DNA of 64,000 nucleotides, from NCBI GenBank assembly GCA_046758745.1, contig JBHIAV010000012.1:1-64000 (forward strand), read 5' to 3'. The DNA comes from Gemmatimonadota bacterium. GTDB taxonomy: Bacteria > Gemmatimonadota > Gemmatimonadetes > Palauibacterales > Palauibacteraceae. This document shows positions 1 through 9,328 of this stretch, piece after piece. The notes below the pieces were generated by a model, which saw nothing but the letters and a program-made list of their open reading frames with translations, ran no database searches and was not told where the DNA came from. Position 1 is the stretch's first letter, and each line of letters begins with the position of its first letter. A program made the translations under genes and the position numbers.

Positions 1-129
1 CTAGGTCCGCGGCAACTACAAACCGCGGACGAGCGCGGCAACGGCGAGCCGACGCCGAATCGGGCTCGGTGAGCCGCTCCACGCTTCCGCAGGGCCTCGT
101 GACACTCGCCGGCAATCGCCCGGAGTCTC

Positions 130-756
130 TCAGCGCGCTTGTAGGGCCAGCTCCATCTGCACGACAGGCGTGAAGGTGCGGCGGTGGTGCGGCGTGGGCC
201 CGTGCTGTGCCAGAGCCGCCAGGTGGTCGGTCGTCGCGTATCCCTTGTTGGTGGCCCATCCGTACTGCGGATACCGGGGGTCGAGCCTTCGCATCAGCCG
301 GTCGCGCACCACCTTGGAGAGGATCGAGGCGCACGCGATGGAGTGAGAGCGCTGGTCGCCCCTCACGATGGCGGTGTGCCGGGCGAGGCCGGCCATGCGG
401 CGCCCGTCGACGAGGACCAGGTCCGGACGGAACGGGAGACGGGTGAGGACGCGCTGCATGGCAAGGCAGGTGGCGCGGCGGATGTTCAGCCGCTCGATCT
501 CTCGCGTCGAGGCGGCCGCCACGGCGACGGCCAGCGCGTTGGAGTGAATCTCCTCGGCGAGCTCCTCCCGTATCCTGGCGGTGAGCTGCTTGCTGTCGAC
601 TACGCCATCGAAGAGCTGCTCGCGGTGGAGGGCGACCCCCGCGGCCACGACAGGGCCGGCCAGTGGCCCGCAGCCGGCCTCATCGATCCCCACGATCCGC
701 TCGAGCCCCTGCTCCCAGCCCTCACGCTCGAAGTAGAGCGGAGCGGTAAGGGGCAT
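130..756 (-). CDS. rnhB: Ribonuclease HII
   Basis: Motifs GIDEAGCGPLAGPVVAA, DSKQL, VRGD..SIACASILSKVVRD and NKGY; lies downstream of rplS. Confidence 0.96.
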   Translation of the reverse strand: MPLTAPLYFEREGWEQGLERIVGIDEAGCGPLAGPVVAAGVALHREQLFDGVVDSKQLTARIREELAEEIHSNALAVAVAAASTREIERLNIRRATCLAMQRVLTRLPFRPDLVLVDGRRMAGLARHTAIVRGDQRSHSIACASILSKVVRDRLMRRLDPRYPQYGWATNKGYATTDHLAALAQHGPTPHHRRTFTPVVQMELALQAR

Positions 757-786
757 CGGCGACCCGGACCGCGCCTGGCGCTGCGG

Positions 787-1290
787 CTATTCGGCGAGCG
801 TCTCCTGGGGCTCGGCCGTCCCTTCGGCCGATTCCGGCTCGGCGGCGGCCTCGGTTCCCTCCGGCTCGGGGGTCCCTTCAGCCGCCTCCGCCCCGGCTGT
901 TTCGGCCGCGGCCTGCGCGGCCAGCGCCGCCTCCTGATCGAGCCACCACCGGCGCTCACGGACCCGGGCCCGCTTGCCCTTCCGACCGCGCAGGTAGTAG
1001 AGCTTCGCCCGCCTCACCTGCCCGCGGCGCACGACCTCGAGCCCGGCGATCGAGGGAGAGTGAATGGGGAAGATGCGCTCGACGCCGACCCCGCCGGAGA
1101 TCTTCCGCACCGTGAAGGTCTCGTTCACGCCGGCCCCTTTGCGGGCGATGCAGATCCCTTCGAACGCCTGGATCCGTTCCTTGTCGCCCTCGACCACGCG
1201 CACGCGCACACGCACCGTGTCGCCCGGCTCGAAGGCGGGAAGGTCCGTGCGCAAGTACTTCTTCTGGACCTCCGCGATCCTCGGATCCAT
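787..1290 (-). CDS. rplS: 50S ribosomal protein L19 with acidic C-terminal tail
   Basis: [38 protein letters not shown] at 1290 preceded by an AAAGGAG RBS. Confidence 0.97.
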   Translation of the reverse strand: MDPRIAEVQKKYLRTDLPAFEPGDTVRVRVRVVEGDKERIQAFEGICIARKGAGVNETFTVRKISGGVGVERIFPIHSPSIAGLEVVRRGQVRRAKLYYLRGRKGKRARVRERRWWLDQEAALAAQAAAETAGAEAAEGTPEPEGTEAAAEPESAEGTAEPQETLAE

Positions 1291-1405
1291 GTCAACGCTC
1301 CTTTCACGTCGCCTCGCGCGACCGAATCTAATCGATTGGCTCCGGTGGCGCCCGCCCTCCACCGCCGGCTTCCACCTTTCCGACTCGGCTCCGAGACCGT
1401 CCGGC

Positions 1406-2083
1406 TCAGCCGCGCCCGGCATCCCACAGCTCCGGACGCCGCTCACGCGTGAGCCGCTCGGCCTGCTCGCGGCGCCACGCCTCGATCCGCGCGTGGTCGC
1501 CCGAGCGCAGCTCCTCCGGCACCGCCATGCCGCGGTACTCGGCGGGGCGTGTGTAGCAGGGCGGCGCCAGGAGACCCTCATAGAACGAGTCGGCCGCTGC
1601 CGATTCGTGGTCGCTCAGGACCCCGGGGAGCAGCCGGACGACCGCGTCCACCACGACCATGGCCGCCGGTTCGCCGCCGGAGAGGACGTAGTCCCCGATC
1701 GACAGCTCCTCGGTGGCCACGCCCTGCGCCACCCGCTCGTCCACCCCTTTGTAATGCCCGCACAGGAGCGTCAGCTCATCCTCGAGCGAATACCGCACGG
1801 CGGTCGCGTGATCGAACGGTGCGCCCCGCGGGCTGAGCAGGATCACGGGCCCCGCCGGCGCCACCGCCTCGACCGCCTCGAAGAAGGGCTCGGGCTTCAT
1901 CACCATCCCGGCGCCCCCTCCGTACGGCTCGTCATCCACTGTGCGGTGCCGGTCGTGGGTGTAGTCCCGAAGGTCCACCACCCGGTACTCGGCCAGCCCC
2001 TTCTCCGCCGCCCGCCCCGATATGCTGGTGGCGAGCGGCTCCCGGAAGTATCCGGGAAAGATCGTCACGATGTTTATGCGCAC
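1406..2083 (-). CDS. trmD: tRNA (guanine37-N1)-methyltransferase
   Basis: [40 protein letters not shown]. Confidence 0.97.
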   Translation of the reverse strand: MRINIVTIFPGYFREPLATSISGRAAEKGLAEYRVVDLRDYTHDRHRTVDDEPYGGGAGMVMKPEPFFEAVEAVAPAGPVILLSPRGAPFDHATAVRYSLEDELTLLCGHYKGVDERVAQGVATEELSIGDYVLSGGEPAAMVVVDAVVRLLPGVLSDHESAAADSFYEGLLAPPCYTRPAEYRGMAVPEELRSGDHARIEAWRREQAERLTRERRPELWDAGRG

Positions 2084-2088
2084 GCCAC

Positions 2089-2610
2089 TTACAGCTCGAG
2101 CAGCCCCTCCGGGGGGCGGATCCGGATGCGGCCGGCGTCGCGGTCGACCTCCGCCACGAACTCGGAGCTGAACGGGATCAGCCGTTCGCGCCCCTCGTGC
2201 CGCACGCCGAGCAGGGCCCGGCCCGTCGCCTCGTACACCGCCTCCACCTCGCCGACCAGCTCCCCGCCCTCGTCCCGCACCTCGAGCCCCACCAGCTCGT
2301 GCAGGAAGAACTCACCCTTCTCCGGTTCGCTCAGCTCCTCCCGCGGGAGAAGCAAGCGGCTGCCCCGGAGTCCCTCGGCCGCGTCCCGGTCGTCCGCCTC
2401 CCGGAACTTGACGAGCCATCCGCGCGTGTACGGGCGCGCGGACTCGAGCGTCAACAGACGGGGCCCGTCCCCGCGCCCGACGCCGGGCTCGACCCCGAAC
2501 GCCCGGCCGGCTACGAACAGCTGCTCCGGAAAGTCCGTCTCGATCTGGAGCTGCAGCTCGCCGGACAGCCCGTGCGGCCGACGGACGATGCCCACGACGA
2601 TTCGCTCCAC
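2089..2610 (-). CDS. rimM: 16S rRNA processing protein RimM
   Basis: [14 protein letters not shown] and [12 protein letters not shown]; position between rpsP and trmD. Confidence 0.93.
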   Translation of the reverse strand: MERIVVGIVRRPHGLSGELQLQIETDFPEQLFVAGRAFGVEPGVGRGDGPRLLTLESARPYTRGWLVKFREADDRDAAEGLRGSRLLLPREELSEPEKGEFFLHELVGLEVRDEGGELVGEVEAVYEATGRALLGVRHEGRERLIPFSSEFVAEVDRDAGRIRIRPPEGLLEL

Positions 2611-2643
2611 TGCAAACTCCCGGCCGCGGCGCCCGCGGCCCCG

Positions 2644-3132
2644 CTACTCCTTATCGGCCTCGCCGGCCTCTTCCGTCACGTCGCTCTCTTCTTCCGCGGC
2701 CCCGGCCGCTGCTTCCGGGACCGCCGCCTCGGGAGTCGCCTCCGGCTCGGCGGCTGCCCTCTCTTCGGCGGTCGCCCGCGCGGTCTCCGCCGCCGCCGCG
2801 CGGGCCGACGTCTTCTGCCGACCCGGCGGGGCTCCGGCCGTCACGATCTTCTCTTCGAGCTCCTCCGGCGTCACCCCCTTCCGGAACTTCTCCCACACAC
2901 CCGTCTTCTTGAAGATCGAGCGGACCGTGTCCGTCGGTCTCGCGCCGACACGCAGCCAGTAGAGCGCGGCCCCTGCGTCGACGCGCACCGCCGACGGTTT
3001 GGTGCGCGGGTTGTACGTCCCGAGCGTCGCGATCGCCGGCCCGCTACGCGACTCGGCGAAGTCCGACACCACGATCCGGAAGGATGCCTGCTTGTTCCGG
3101 CCCACCCTCTGCAACCTGATCGTCGCCGCCAT
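2644..3132 (-). CDS. rpsP: 30S ribosomal protein S16 with Ala/Glu-rich extension
   Basis: IRLQRVGRNKQASFRIVVSD..LGTYNP..GARPTDTV. Confidence 0.96.
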   Translation of the reverse strand: MAATIRLQRVGRNKQASFRIVVSDFAESRSGPAIATLGTYNPRTKPSAVRVDAGAALYWLRVGARPTDTVRSIFKKTGVWEKFRKGVTPEELEEKIVTAGAPPGRQKTSARAAAAETARATAEERAAAEPEATPEAAVPEAAAGAAEEESDVTEEAGEADKE

Positions 3133-3165
3133 CTCTTTTCTCTTCCTATGTGACTCGTTGTGGTA

Positions 3166-4494
3166 TCAGCTCGTGAGCGACCCGAGGCCCATGCCGGGCA
3201 CGAGCTTCCCCATCTTCTTCATCATCGCCCGCATCTCCCTGAACTGCTTGAGCAGGCGGTTCACCTCGTACACGGGCCGCCCGGAGCCCCGCGCGATGCG
3301 CGCGCGCCGCGAGCCGTTCAGGATCTCGGGCCGTCGACGCTCCTCGGGCGTCATGGAGCGGACGATCGCCTCCATGTGCCTGACGCGTCGGGGATCCACC
3401 GTCACGCCCTCGAGCATCTTCGGCTTGACCCCGGGAATCATCTTCAACAGGCTCTCCAGCGGACCCATCTTCTGAATCTGCCCGATCGCCTGCAGGAAGT
3501 CCTCGAGGTCGAACGCCCCGCGGCCGAGAACCTTCTTCTCGAGACGCCTGGTGGTCTCCACGTCGATCGTCTGCTGCGCCTTCTCGACGAGGCCGACGAT
3601 GTCACCCATCTGCAGGATCCGTCCTGCCATCCGCTCCGGGTCGAACGCCGTAAGGTCGTCCGGGCGCTCGCCCGTGCCGACGAACTTGATAGGCACCGCG
3701 AGAACACCGTGGATGGAGAGCGCCGCTCCCCCGCGGGCATCGCCGTCCATCTTGGTGAGGATCACCCCGGTGAGCCCCACCGTCTGGTGGAAGCCCTGCG
3801 CGATCCGGACGGCCTCCTGTCCCGTCATCCCGTCGGCGACGAGGAGCACCTCGTGCGGGTTGAGCGCCTTCTTCACCGCCGCCAGCTCGGCCATGAGCGC
3901 AGCGTCCACCTGCAGGCGCCCAGCCATATCGAGGAGGAGGTGTGTCGCCCCCGAGCGTCGGGCCGTGTTCAGGGCCCGCAGCGCGAGCGCCGTCACATCA
4001 GCCTCCTCCGGCTCGTGGACCACCGGAACTCCGAGGCCCTCGGCCAGCGTGACCAGCTGCTCGCCCGCCGCCGGCCGGTACGGGTCGCAGGCAGCGAGCG
4101 TCGGACGCCGGCCCTCCCGCTGGAGTCGCCGGGCGAGCTTCGCCGCGGTGGTCGTCTTCCCCGACCCCTGCAGCCCCACCAGCATGATCGCGGTGGGCGG
4201 AACCGACGCCTCCGCGAGCGTCGGGGCTCCGCCACCCAGCAGCCCGACCAGCTCGTCATGCACGATCTTGACGACCTGCTCGGCGGGGCGAACCGACTCG
4301 AGCACCCGCTCGCCGAGGGCCCGCTCCTCGACGCGCCCGAGGAAATCGCGCGCGACGCCGTAGTTGACGTCGGCCTCTAGGAGGGCTCGGCGCACCTCGC
4401 GCAGCCCCTCCTTGAGCATCGGGGCGGTGATGACGCCCCGCTGCCGGAGCCGGCCGAAGACGCCGTCGAGTCGCTCGCCTAGCTGCTCGAACAT
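3166..4494 (-). CDS. ffh: Signal recognition particle protein Ffh
   Basis: ALLEADVN, GLQGSGKTT, DMAGRL, TKMDGDARGGAALS and M-domain SRRARIARGSG. Confidence 0.98.
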   Translation of the reverse strand: MFEQLGERLDGVFGRLRQRGVITAPMLKEGLREVRRALLEADVNYGVARDFLGRVEERALGERVLESVRPAEQVVKIVHDELVGLLGGGAPTLAEASVPPTAIMLVGLQGSGKTTTAAKLARRLQREGRRPTLAACDPYRPAAGEQLVTLAEGLGVPVVHEPEEADVTALALRALNTARRSGATHLLLDMAGRLQVDAALMAELAAVKKALNPHEVLLVADGMTGQEAVRIAQGFHQTVGLTGVILTKMDGDARGGAALSIHGVLAVPIKFVGTGERPDDLTAFDPERMAGRILQMGDIVGLVEKAQQTIDVETTRRLEKKVLGRGAFDLEDFLQAIGQIQKMGPLESLLKMIPGVKPKMLEGVTVDPRRVRHMEAIVRSMTPEERRRPEILNGSRRARIARGSGRPVYEVNRLLKQFREMRAMMKKMGKLVPGMGLGSLTS

Positions 4495-4564
4495 TGCCGT
4501 GCCCGCATCGTCTCGAAGGCCTACTTCGCGGCCGGGAGAGATACGCTCCGATGCATCGCCGCGA

Positions 4565-4650
4565 CAAACAGAAAGACGCGACGCCGTCCGAAGTCGGCTT
4601 CGCGCCCTTCCCGGCTGCTCACGGCCTACGCTGCCGGGACGAATTCAATA
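4565..4650 (-). promoter_or_regulatory. Structured 5' leader of the ffh operon: two hairpins, the second terminator-like
   Basis: Hairpin 4609-4639 (UCCCGGC/GCCGGGA); hairpin 4575-4606 with a cUUCGg loop followed by UUUCUGUUU. Confidence 0.55.
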
Positions 4651-4654
4651 AGCT

Positions 4655-4683
4655 AGTGTAACCGCTAACCAAGAATCGAGCAA
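4655..4683 (-). promoter_or_regulatory. Sigma70-type promoter of the ffh operon
   Basis: TTGCTC-17 nt-TACACT on the minus strand, in an AT-richer patch. Confidence 0.55.
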
Positions 4684-4780
4684 GCTCGATTCTCTCCCGA
4701 CCCATCCGGACCCCTGCGGCGCCGACCAGCTCCCGGTTCCCTCCTCCGGGCGCGGAGACATGCGAGAAGCGGTGCTTTCG

Positions 4781-6079
4781 CTACCGTCCGGTCACCTGCA
4801 CGATCTGGTCTCGCGCCGAGCCTACCGAGACGTAGCGGATGGGCACTCCGGCCACTTCCTCGATCCGCTCCAGGTACCGCCGCGCCGCATCAGGCAGGTC
4901 CACCCACTCCCGGCAGCCGCTCGTGGACGACCGCCAGCCGGGCATCCTCTCGTACACCGGCTTCACGCGTTCGAGCTCCGCCGCATCGTCGGGGAATCGC
5001 GTGAGCTCTGCACCGTCGAGCTCATACCGAACACCGAGGCGGAGCTCCTCGAGACTGTCGAGCACATCGAGCTTCGTGACGGCCAGGGCCGTCAGGCCGT
5101 TCACGCCGGCCGCGAAGCGCACCACGACGCCGTCGAACCAACCCGGCCGGCGCGGTCTCCCGGTGGTTGCCCCGAACTCGTCCCCCAGGGCGCGCAGCCG
5201 GTCCGCCTCCTCCGCCTCCAGCTCGGTGGGGAGCGGGCCGTTGCCCACGCGCGTGGTGTAGGCCTTCACGACGCCCAGGACGCCGTCGATCAGAGTGGGA
5301 CCGATCCCGACGCCCGACGCGGCGCCTCCGGCCGTGGTCGAGGAGGAGGTCACGTACGGGTAGGTGCCGTGGTCGATGTCGAGGAGGGAGCCCTGCGCCC
5401 CTTCGAGCAGGAGGCGACCGCCCCGTCCAAGCTCGGCCCGGATCTCATCCCCCACGTCGGTGCGCAGGGCGAGGAGGCGGGGAGCCACGGCCTCGAGGCG
5501 GTCCATCACCTCCTCGGTGTTCGCGCGCCGGGCGTCGCCCAGCCGCTCGAGGGCGGCGTTGGCCGCCGCGGTCCCGCTTTCGACGATCTCCCGGCACCGC
5601 CTGAGATCGCGCAGGTCCCCGACCCGGAGCCCGGAGCGCGCCGCCTTGTCCCGGTACGCCGGACCGATCCCTCGTCCCGTCGTCCCGAGCCTGGCGGTCC
5701 CGCGGCTCGTCTCCAGGGCGCCGTCCAGGAGCCGGTGGTAGGGGAGGACGAGGTGCGCCCGGCTGCTCACCCCGAGGCGGCCCTCGAGGTCGATCCCCCT
5801 GCGGTGCAGCGCCTCCATCTCCTCGAGCAGGGTCCACGGGTCCACCACGACCCCGTTTCCAAGCAGACACCGCACGGAGGGATACAGCGCGCCGGAGGGG
5901 ATGAGGTGGAGGATGAACTCCTCATCCCCCACACGCACGGTGTGGCCGGCGTTGGCGCCGCCCTGGTAGCGCGCGACGATGGTGGCCTGTTCGGCCAGCA
6001 CGTCGGTGATCTTCCCCTTGCCCTCGTCGCCCCACTGGGCGCCCACCACCACGACGCAGCGCGGGCCGTTATCGAACAT
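4781..6079 (-). CDS. purA: Adenylosuccinate synthetase
   Basis: GAQWGDEGKGK, QGGANAGHT, EGAQGSLLDIDHGTYPYVTSS. Confidence 0.98.
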   Translation of the reverse strand: MFDNGPRCVVVVGAQWGDEGKGKITDVLAEQATIVARYQGGANAGHTVRVGDEEFILHLIPSGALYPSVRCLLGNGVVVDPWTLLEEMEALHRRGIDLEGRLGVSSRAHLVLPYHRLLDGALETSRGTARLGTTGRGIGPAYRDKAARSGLRVGDLRDLRRCREIVESGTAAANAALERLGDARRANTEEVMDRLEAVAPRLLALRTDVGDEIRAELGRGGRLLLEGAQGSLLDIDHGTYPYVTSSSTTAGGAASGVGIGPTLIDGVLGVVKAYTTRVGNGPLPTELEAEEADRLRALGDEFGATTGRPRRPGWFDGVVVRFAAGVNGLTALAVTKLDVLDSLEELRLGVRYELDGAELTRFPDDAAELERVKPVYERMPGWRSSTSGCREWVDLPDAARRYLERIEEVAGVPIRYVSVGSARDQIVQVTGR

Positions 6080-6136
6080 GGAGGCTCCTGGCGACCCCTC
6101 GGCTCCCCGCTCCGGCGCGGAGTACCGCTTCTTTGT

Positions 6137-7030
6137 TCAGGCGATGGCCACCGCCGGGCCGGCGCGCCGGAGAGCGGACTCCACCCCCGACCGCCTCGCC
6201 TCGCCCAGCGGCAGCAGCGGGGCGCGCGGCGGCCCGCCGTACAGACCGAGCCGGTCGAGCGCGTGCTTGATGCCCGGAACGCCGTGCGCCCCCACCACCC
6301 TCTTGTGGAGCGGTCCGATCCGCTCCTGAAGGCCACCGGCGACCGCCGATTCTCCCCTCTCCCACGCGGCGAGAAGCTCCGCGCACGCCTCCGGGGCAAG
6401 GAGCGCCACCGCGAGGATGCCTCCGGAAGCGCCCAGCTCGAGCCCCGGATAGAGCACCGCGCCGGAGCCGACCAGCACCTCCGCCCGGCCCGCGCACGCC
6501 TCGCACAGCGCTCCCAGGTTCCGCAGGTCGCCCGAGGAGTCCTTGACGGCGACGATGTTCTGGTGCCGCGAGAGCTCGCCCGCGAGCTGCGGACCGATGT
6601 CCACCGGCACGTACCTCGGGATGTGATACAGGATCACGGGGACCGGCGAAGCGTCGGCCACCGCGAGGAAGTGTGCGCGCAGGGCCTCATCGGTCATCGC
6701 GTCCCGGTAGTAGGCCGGCGGGCGGACCAGCACCGCCTCGGCCCCCCGCTCGGCCGCATCCCGGCAGCGGCGCACCGTGCCGCGCGTGGACTCGCCTCCT
6801 GCTCCCGCCACCACCGCCATTCCCGACGGCGCGGCATCGCGAGCGAGCTCGAGGAGGAGGGACCGCTCGTCTTCATCGAGGAGAGCCGCCTCGCCCGTGG
6901 ATCCGGCGATCACGAAACCGGCGATCCGGGCCTCGCTCCACCGCGCCAAGTTGCGACGGAAGGCCCGAGTGTCTATCGCTCCGCCCTTCGCGTCGAAAGG
7001 CGTCGTCACCGGCAGGAAGATACCGTGCAG
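6137..7030 (-). CDS. Dihydrodipicolinate synthase (DapA/HOGA) family aldolase; start codon uncertain
   Basis: GIFLPVTTPF, GSTGE, YHIP and Schiff-base KDSSG; homology begins right after the pilT-like stop. Confidence 0.85.
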   Translation of the reverse strand: MHGIFLPVTTPFDAKGGAIDTRAFRRNLARWSEARIAGFVIAGSTGEAALLDEDERSLLLELARDAAPSGMAVVAGAGGESTRGTVRRCRDAAERGAEAVLVRPPAYYRDAMTDEALRAHFLAVADASPVPVILYHIPRYVPVDIGPQLAGELSRHQNIVAVKDSSGDLRNLGALCEACAGRAEVLVGSGAVLYPGLELGASGGILAVALLAPEACAELLAAWERGESAVAGGLQERIGPLHKRVVGAHGVPGIKHALDRLGLYGGPPRAPLLPLGEARRSGVESALRRAGPAVAIA

Positions 7031-7032
7031 TC

Positions 7033-8151
7033 CTAGAATCGGAACGCCTCGCCGGGAAGGAGCCCCCCGCCCTCCTCCCCCAGCTCCGCCGCGAGCGTCT
7101 GCATGATCAGCTCGAAGTCGCTCGGGCTCGTCGCCGCCGCCTTCGCGACCTGGTAGGAGACCATGCCCGTCTGCACGAGCTCCATCAGGTGCTGGTCGAA
7201 GCTCTGCATCCCGTATGCCTCCCGGCCGTCCTCCACCAGCTCCATGATCGCCTCGGCGGGCTTCCCGAGGAGGATGCAGTCTCGGATCGCGCCCGTAACG
7301 CGAAGGATCTCCACCGCCGGCACCCGTCCCGTCCCATCGGCGCGCGGCAATAGCTGCTGCGATACGATGGCGCGCAGGGCGTTGGCCAGGAGCATCCGCG
7401 CCGCTTCCCGCTCCGCCTCCGGGAACACGGCCACCAGGTGACTGATGGTGGAGGCGGCGTTCGGCGTGTGCATGGTGGAGATGACGAGCTGGCCGAGCTC
7501 GGCCGCGCGCAGGGCGATCTCGATCGTCTCGCGGTCGCGCAGCTCTCCGATCAGGATCACGTCGGGATCCTGCCGGAGCGCGGCCCGCAGGCCGTGGCGG
7601 AACGATTCCGTGTCCACGCCCACATCGCGCTGCGTCACCGTGCTCCGCTCGTCCCGGTGCAGGTACTCGATCGGGTCCTCGAGGGTGACGATGTGCTTCT
7701 TGCGGTTCCGATTGATCCATCCGATGAGGGCCGCCTGGGTGGCGCTCGTGCCGAACCCGACCGCGCCCGTGACGAGCACGAGGCCGTGGTCGCCGTCGGC
7801 GATCTCAGCCAGCACGGGCGGGAGGCCCAGCTCCTCGAGCGTCGGTATCTCCCATGGGATCACCCGCATCACGATCATGAAGCTCCCGCGCTGGCGCAGG
7901 ATATTGACCCGGAAGCGGCCGACGTCCTTTAGCTCCCATGAGCAGTCGTGGTCGGTGATGTGATCGATCCGCTTGCGCTCGGCCTCCGTGGGAATGAGGC
8001 CGAGAGCGATGCGGCGTGTCTCCTCCGGGGTGAAGGTGGACGAGGAGAGGCGAACCAGCTCGTTCCCGATGCGCGCCCGGAAGACGTCGCCCGCCTTGAT
8101 GTGGATGACGCTCGCGCCCTGCTCGACGGCGGCCTTGACGAGTTCTTCCAT
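7033..8151 (-). CDS. PilT/PilU-family type IV pilus ATPase paralog with degenerate Walker A
   Basis: GRFRVN, TLEDPIE, ALRQDPDVILIGELRD, STMHT, GMQSFDQHL; ATG at 8151. Confidence 0.88.
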   Translation of the reverse strand: MEELVKAAVEQGASVIHIKAGDVFRARIGNELVRLSSSTFTPEETRRIALGLIPTEAERKRIDHITDHDCSWELKDVGRFRVNILRQRGSFMIVMRVIPWEIPTLEELGLPPVLAEIADGDHGLVLVTGAVGFGTSATQAALIGWINRNRKKHIVTLEDPIEYLHRDERSTVTQRDVGVDTESFRHGLRAALRQDPDVILIGELRDRETIEIALRAAELGQLVISTMHTPNAASTISHLVAVFPEAEREAARMLLANALRAIVSQQLLPRADGTGRVPAVEILRVTGAIRDCILLGKPAEAIMELVEDGREAYGMQSFDQHLMELVQTGMVSYQVAKAAATSPSDFELIMQTLAAELGEEGGGLLPGEAFRF

Positions 8152-8168
8152 GATCGGTGGCTCGCGGG

Positions 8169-9203
8169 CTAGTAGCCCAGCTCCTTGCTCACGGTGTTCT
8201 CGAGCGGCTCCCCCGCCAGGTAGCGGCTGATGTTGCGCAGGATGAGCCCCGTCTCCCGCTCCCAGAAGCGCGGCGACAGCGCTGCCACGTGGGGCGTGAT
8301 GAGCACGTTCTCCAGCGACCACAGGGGGCTCTCGGGTGGCAGCGGCTCGCGCCGGAACACATCCAGCGCCGCGCCGCGCAGGCGCCCCGCACGAAGGGCC
8401 GCCACGAGGGCCTCTTCGTCCACAATGCCACCGCGCGACACGTTGATCAAGACCGCGCCCTCGCGCATGGCGTCCAGTTCCGGGACGCCGATCAGGCCCC
8501 GCGTCTGGGGCGTCTCCGGAAGGGTGAGGACGACGACGTCCGAGGCCCGGAGCAGGCGAGGCACTCCTTCCCTCCCGAACTGCTCGCTCACCTCGGGCGG
8601 AGGCGGCTCCGCCCACCGCCGGCGCAGGGCGAGCACGCGCATCCCGAGCCCGGCGGCCCGGCGGCCCACGGCGCTTCCGATCGCCCCATAGCCCACGATC
8701 CCGACCGTGCGGCCGGAAAGCTCGAACAGCTTCTTTTCGGCAGCGGAGATTTCTCGATGCAGCCACGCGCGCGCGCGTTTTCCCCGCCCCGCCGCATCCA
8801 GCCCGCGGCCGAAGTGAAGCATCGCGGCGATGGCGAACTCGGCGAGCGGTTCGGCATGAACGCCCGCTGAGTTGGTGAGGACCACGCCGCTCGCCCTCAC
8901 GGCTGGAAAGAGGGCCGCCCCCACTCCCGCCGCGCCCGAATGGACCCACCGTAGGCGGCGGGCCACCTCGAATGCCTCACGCGGGACGCCGAAGCCGATG
9001 TACACCTCGACGTCGGCCATCTCGGTCAGCAGCTCTGGAGGCGCCGCGCCGGCGCCGTCTCCCGCCGCGAAGACGGGAACCCGGAGCGAGCCGACAACCC
9101 ATTCCCTTCCGAGTGATTCCCGGATGGCGGCGACGGACACCTCGGGCATCGTCCACTGCGGGTAGCCCGGCGCGTACATCCACACGAGGAGCTTGCGGGT
9201 CAT
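8169..9203 (-). CDS. D-isomer-specific 2-hydroxyacid dehydrogenase
   Basis: GIVGYGAIG, INVSRGGIVDE, LDVFRREPL, ITPHVA. Confidence 0.93.
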   Translation of the reverse strand: MTRKLLVWMYAPGYPQWTMPEVSVAAIRESLGREWVVGSLRVPVFAAGDGAGAAPPELLTEMADVEVYIGFGVPREAFEVARRLRWVHSGAAGVGAALFPAVRASGVVLTNSAGVHAEPLAEFAIAAMLHFGRGLDAAGRGKRARAWLHREISAAEKKLFELSGRTVGIVGYGAIGSAVGRRAAGLGMRVLALRRRWAEPPPPEVSEQFGREGVPRLLRASDVVVLTLPETPQTRGLIGVPELDAMREGAVLINVSRGGIVDEEALVAALRAGRLRGAALDVFRREPLPPESPLWSLENVLITPHVAALSPRFWERETGLILRNISRYLAGEPLENTVSKELGY

Positions 9204-9284
9204 GGAGAGCCGTTGCGGGTCACGACAAAGGAGTTGCGGGTCACGGCAAGGAGTTGCGGGTCACGGCAAGGCGTTGCGGGTCAC
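9193..9284. repeat. Tandem repeat, 5 copies, period 20-21 nt (core TTGCGGGTCA)
   Basis: Core starts at 9193, 9213, 9234, 9254 and 9274. Confidence 0.9.
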
Positions 9285-9328
9285 ATGGTTCACGGCGAGT
9301 CCGAGGGGGGCTCGGCGGGTGTGCTCCG

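Noticed and set aside
5-30. GTCCGCGG/CCGCGGAC hairpin downstream of rnhB as a terminator
   Set aside because: It has a 10-nt loop, no visible U-tract, and lies at the window edge.
4560-4700. SRP RNA gene (ffs)
   Set aside because: It lacks the full CAGG-NNN-GNRA-NNN-AGCAG helix 8 and the long stem; kept only as a leader candidate.
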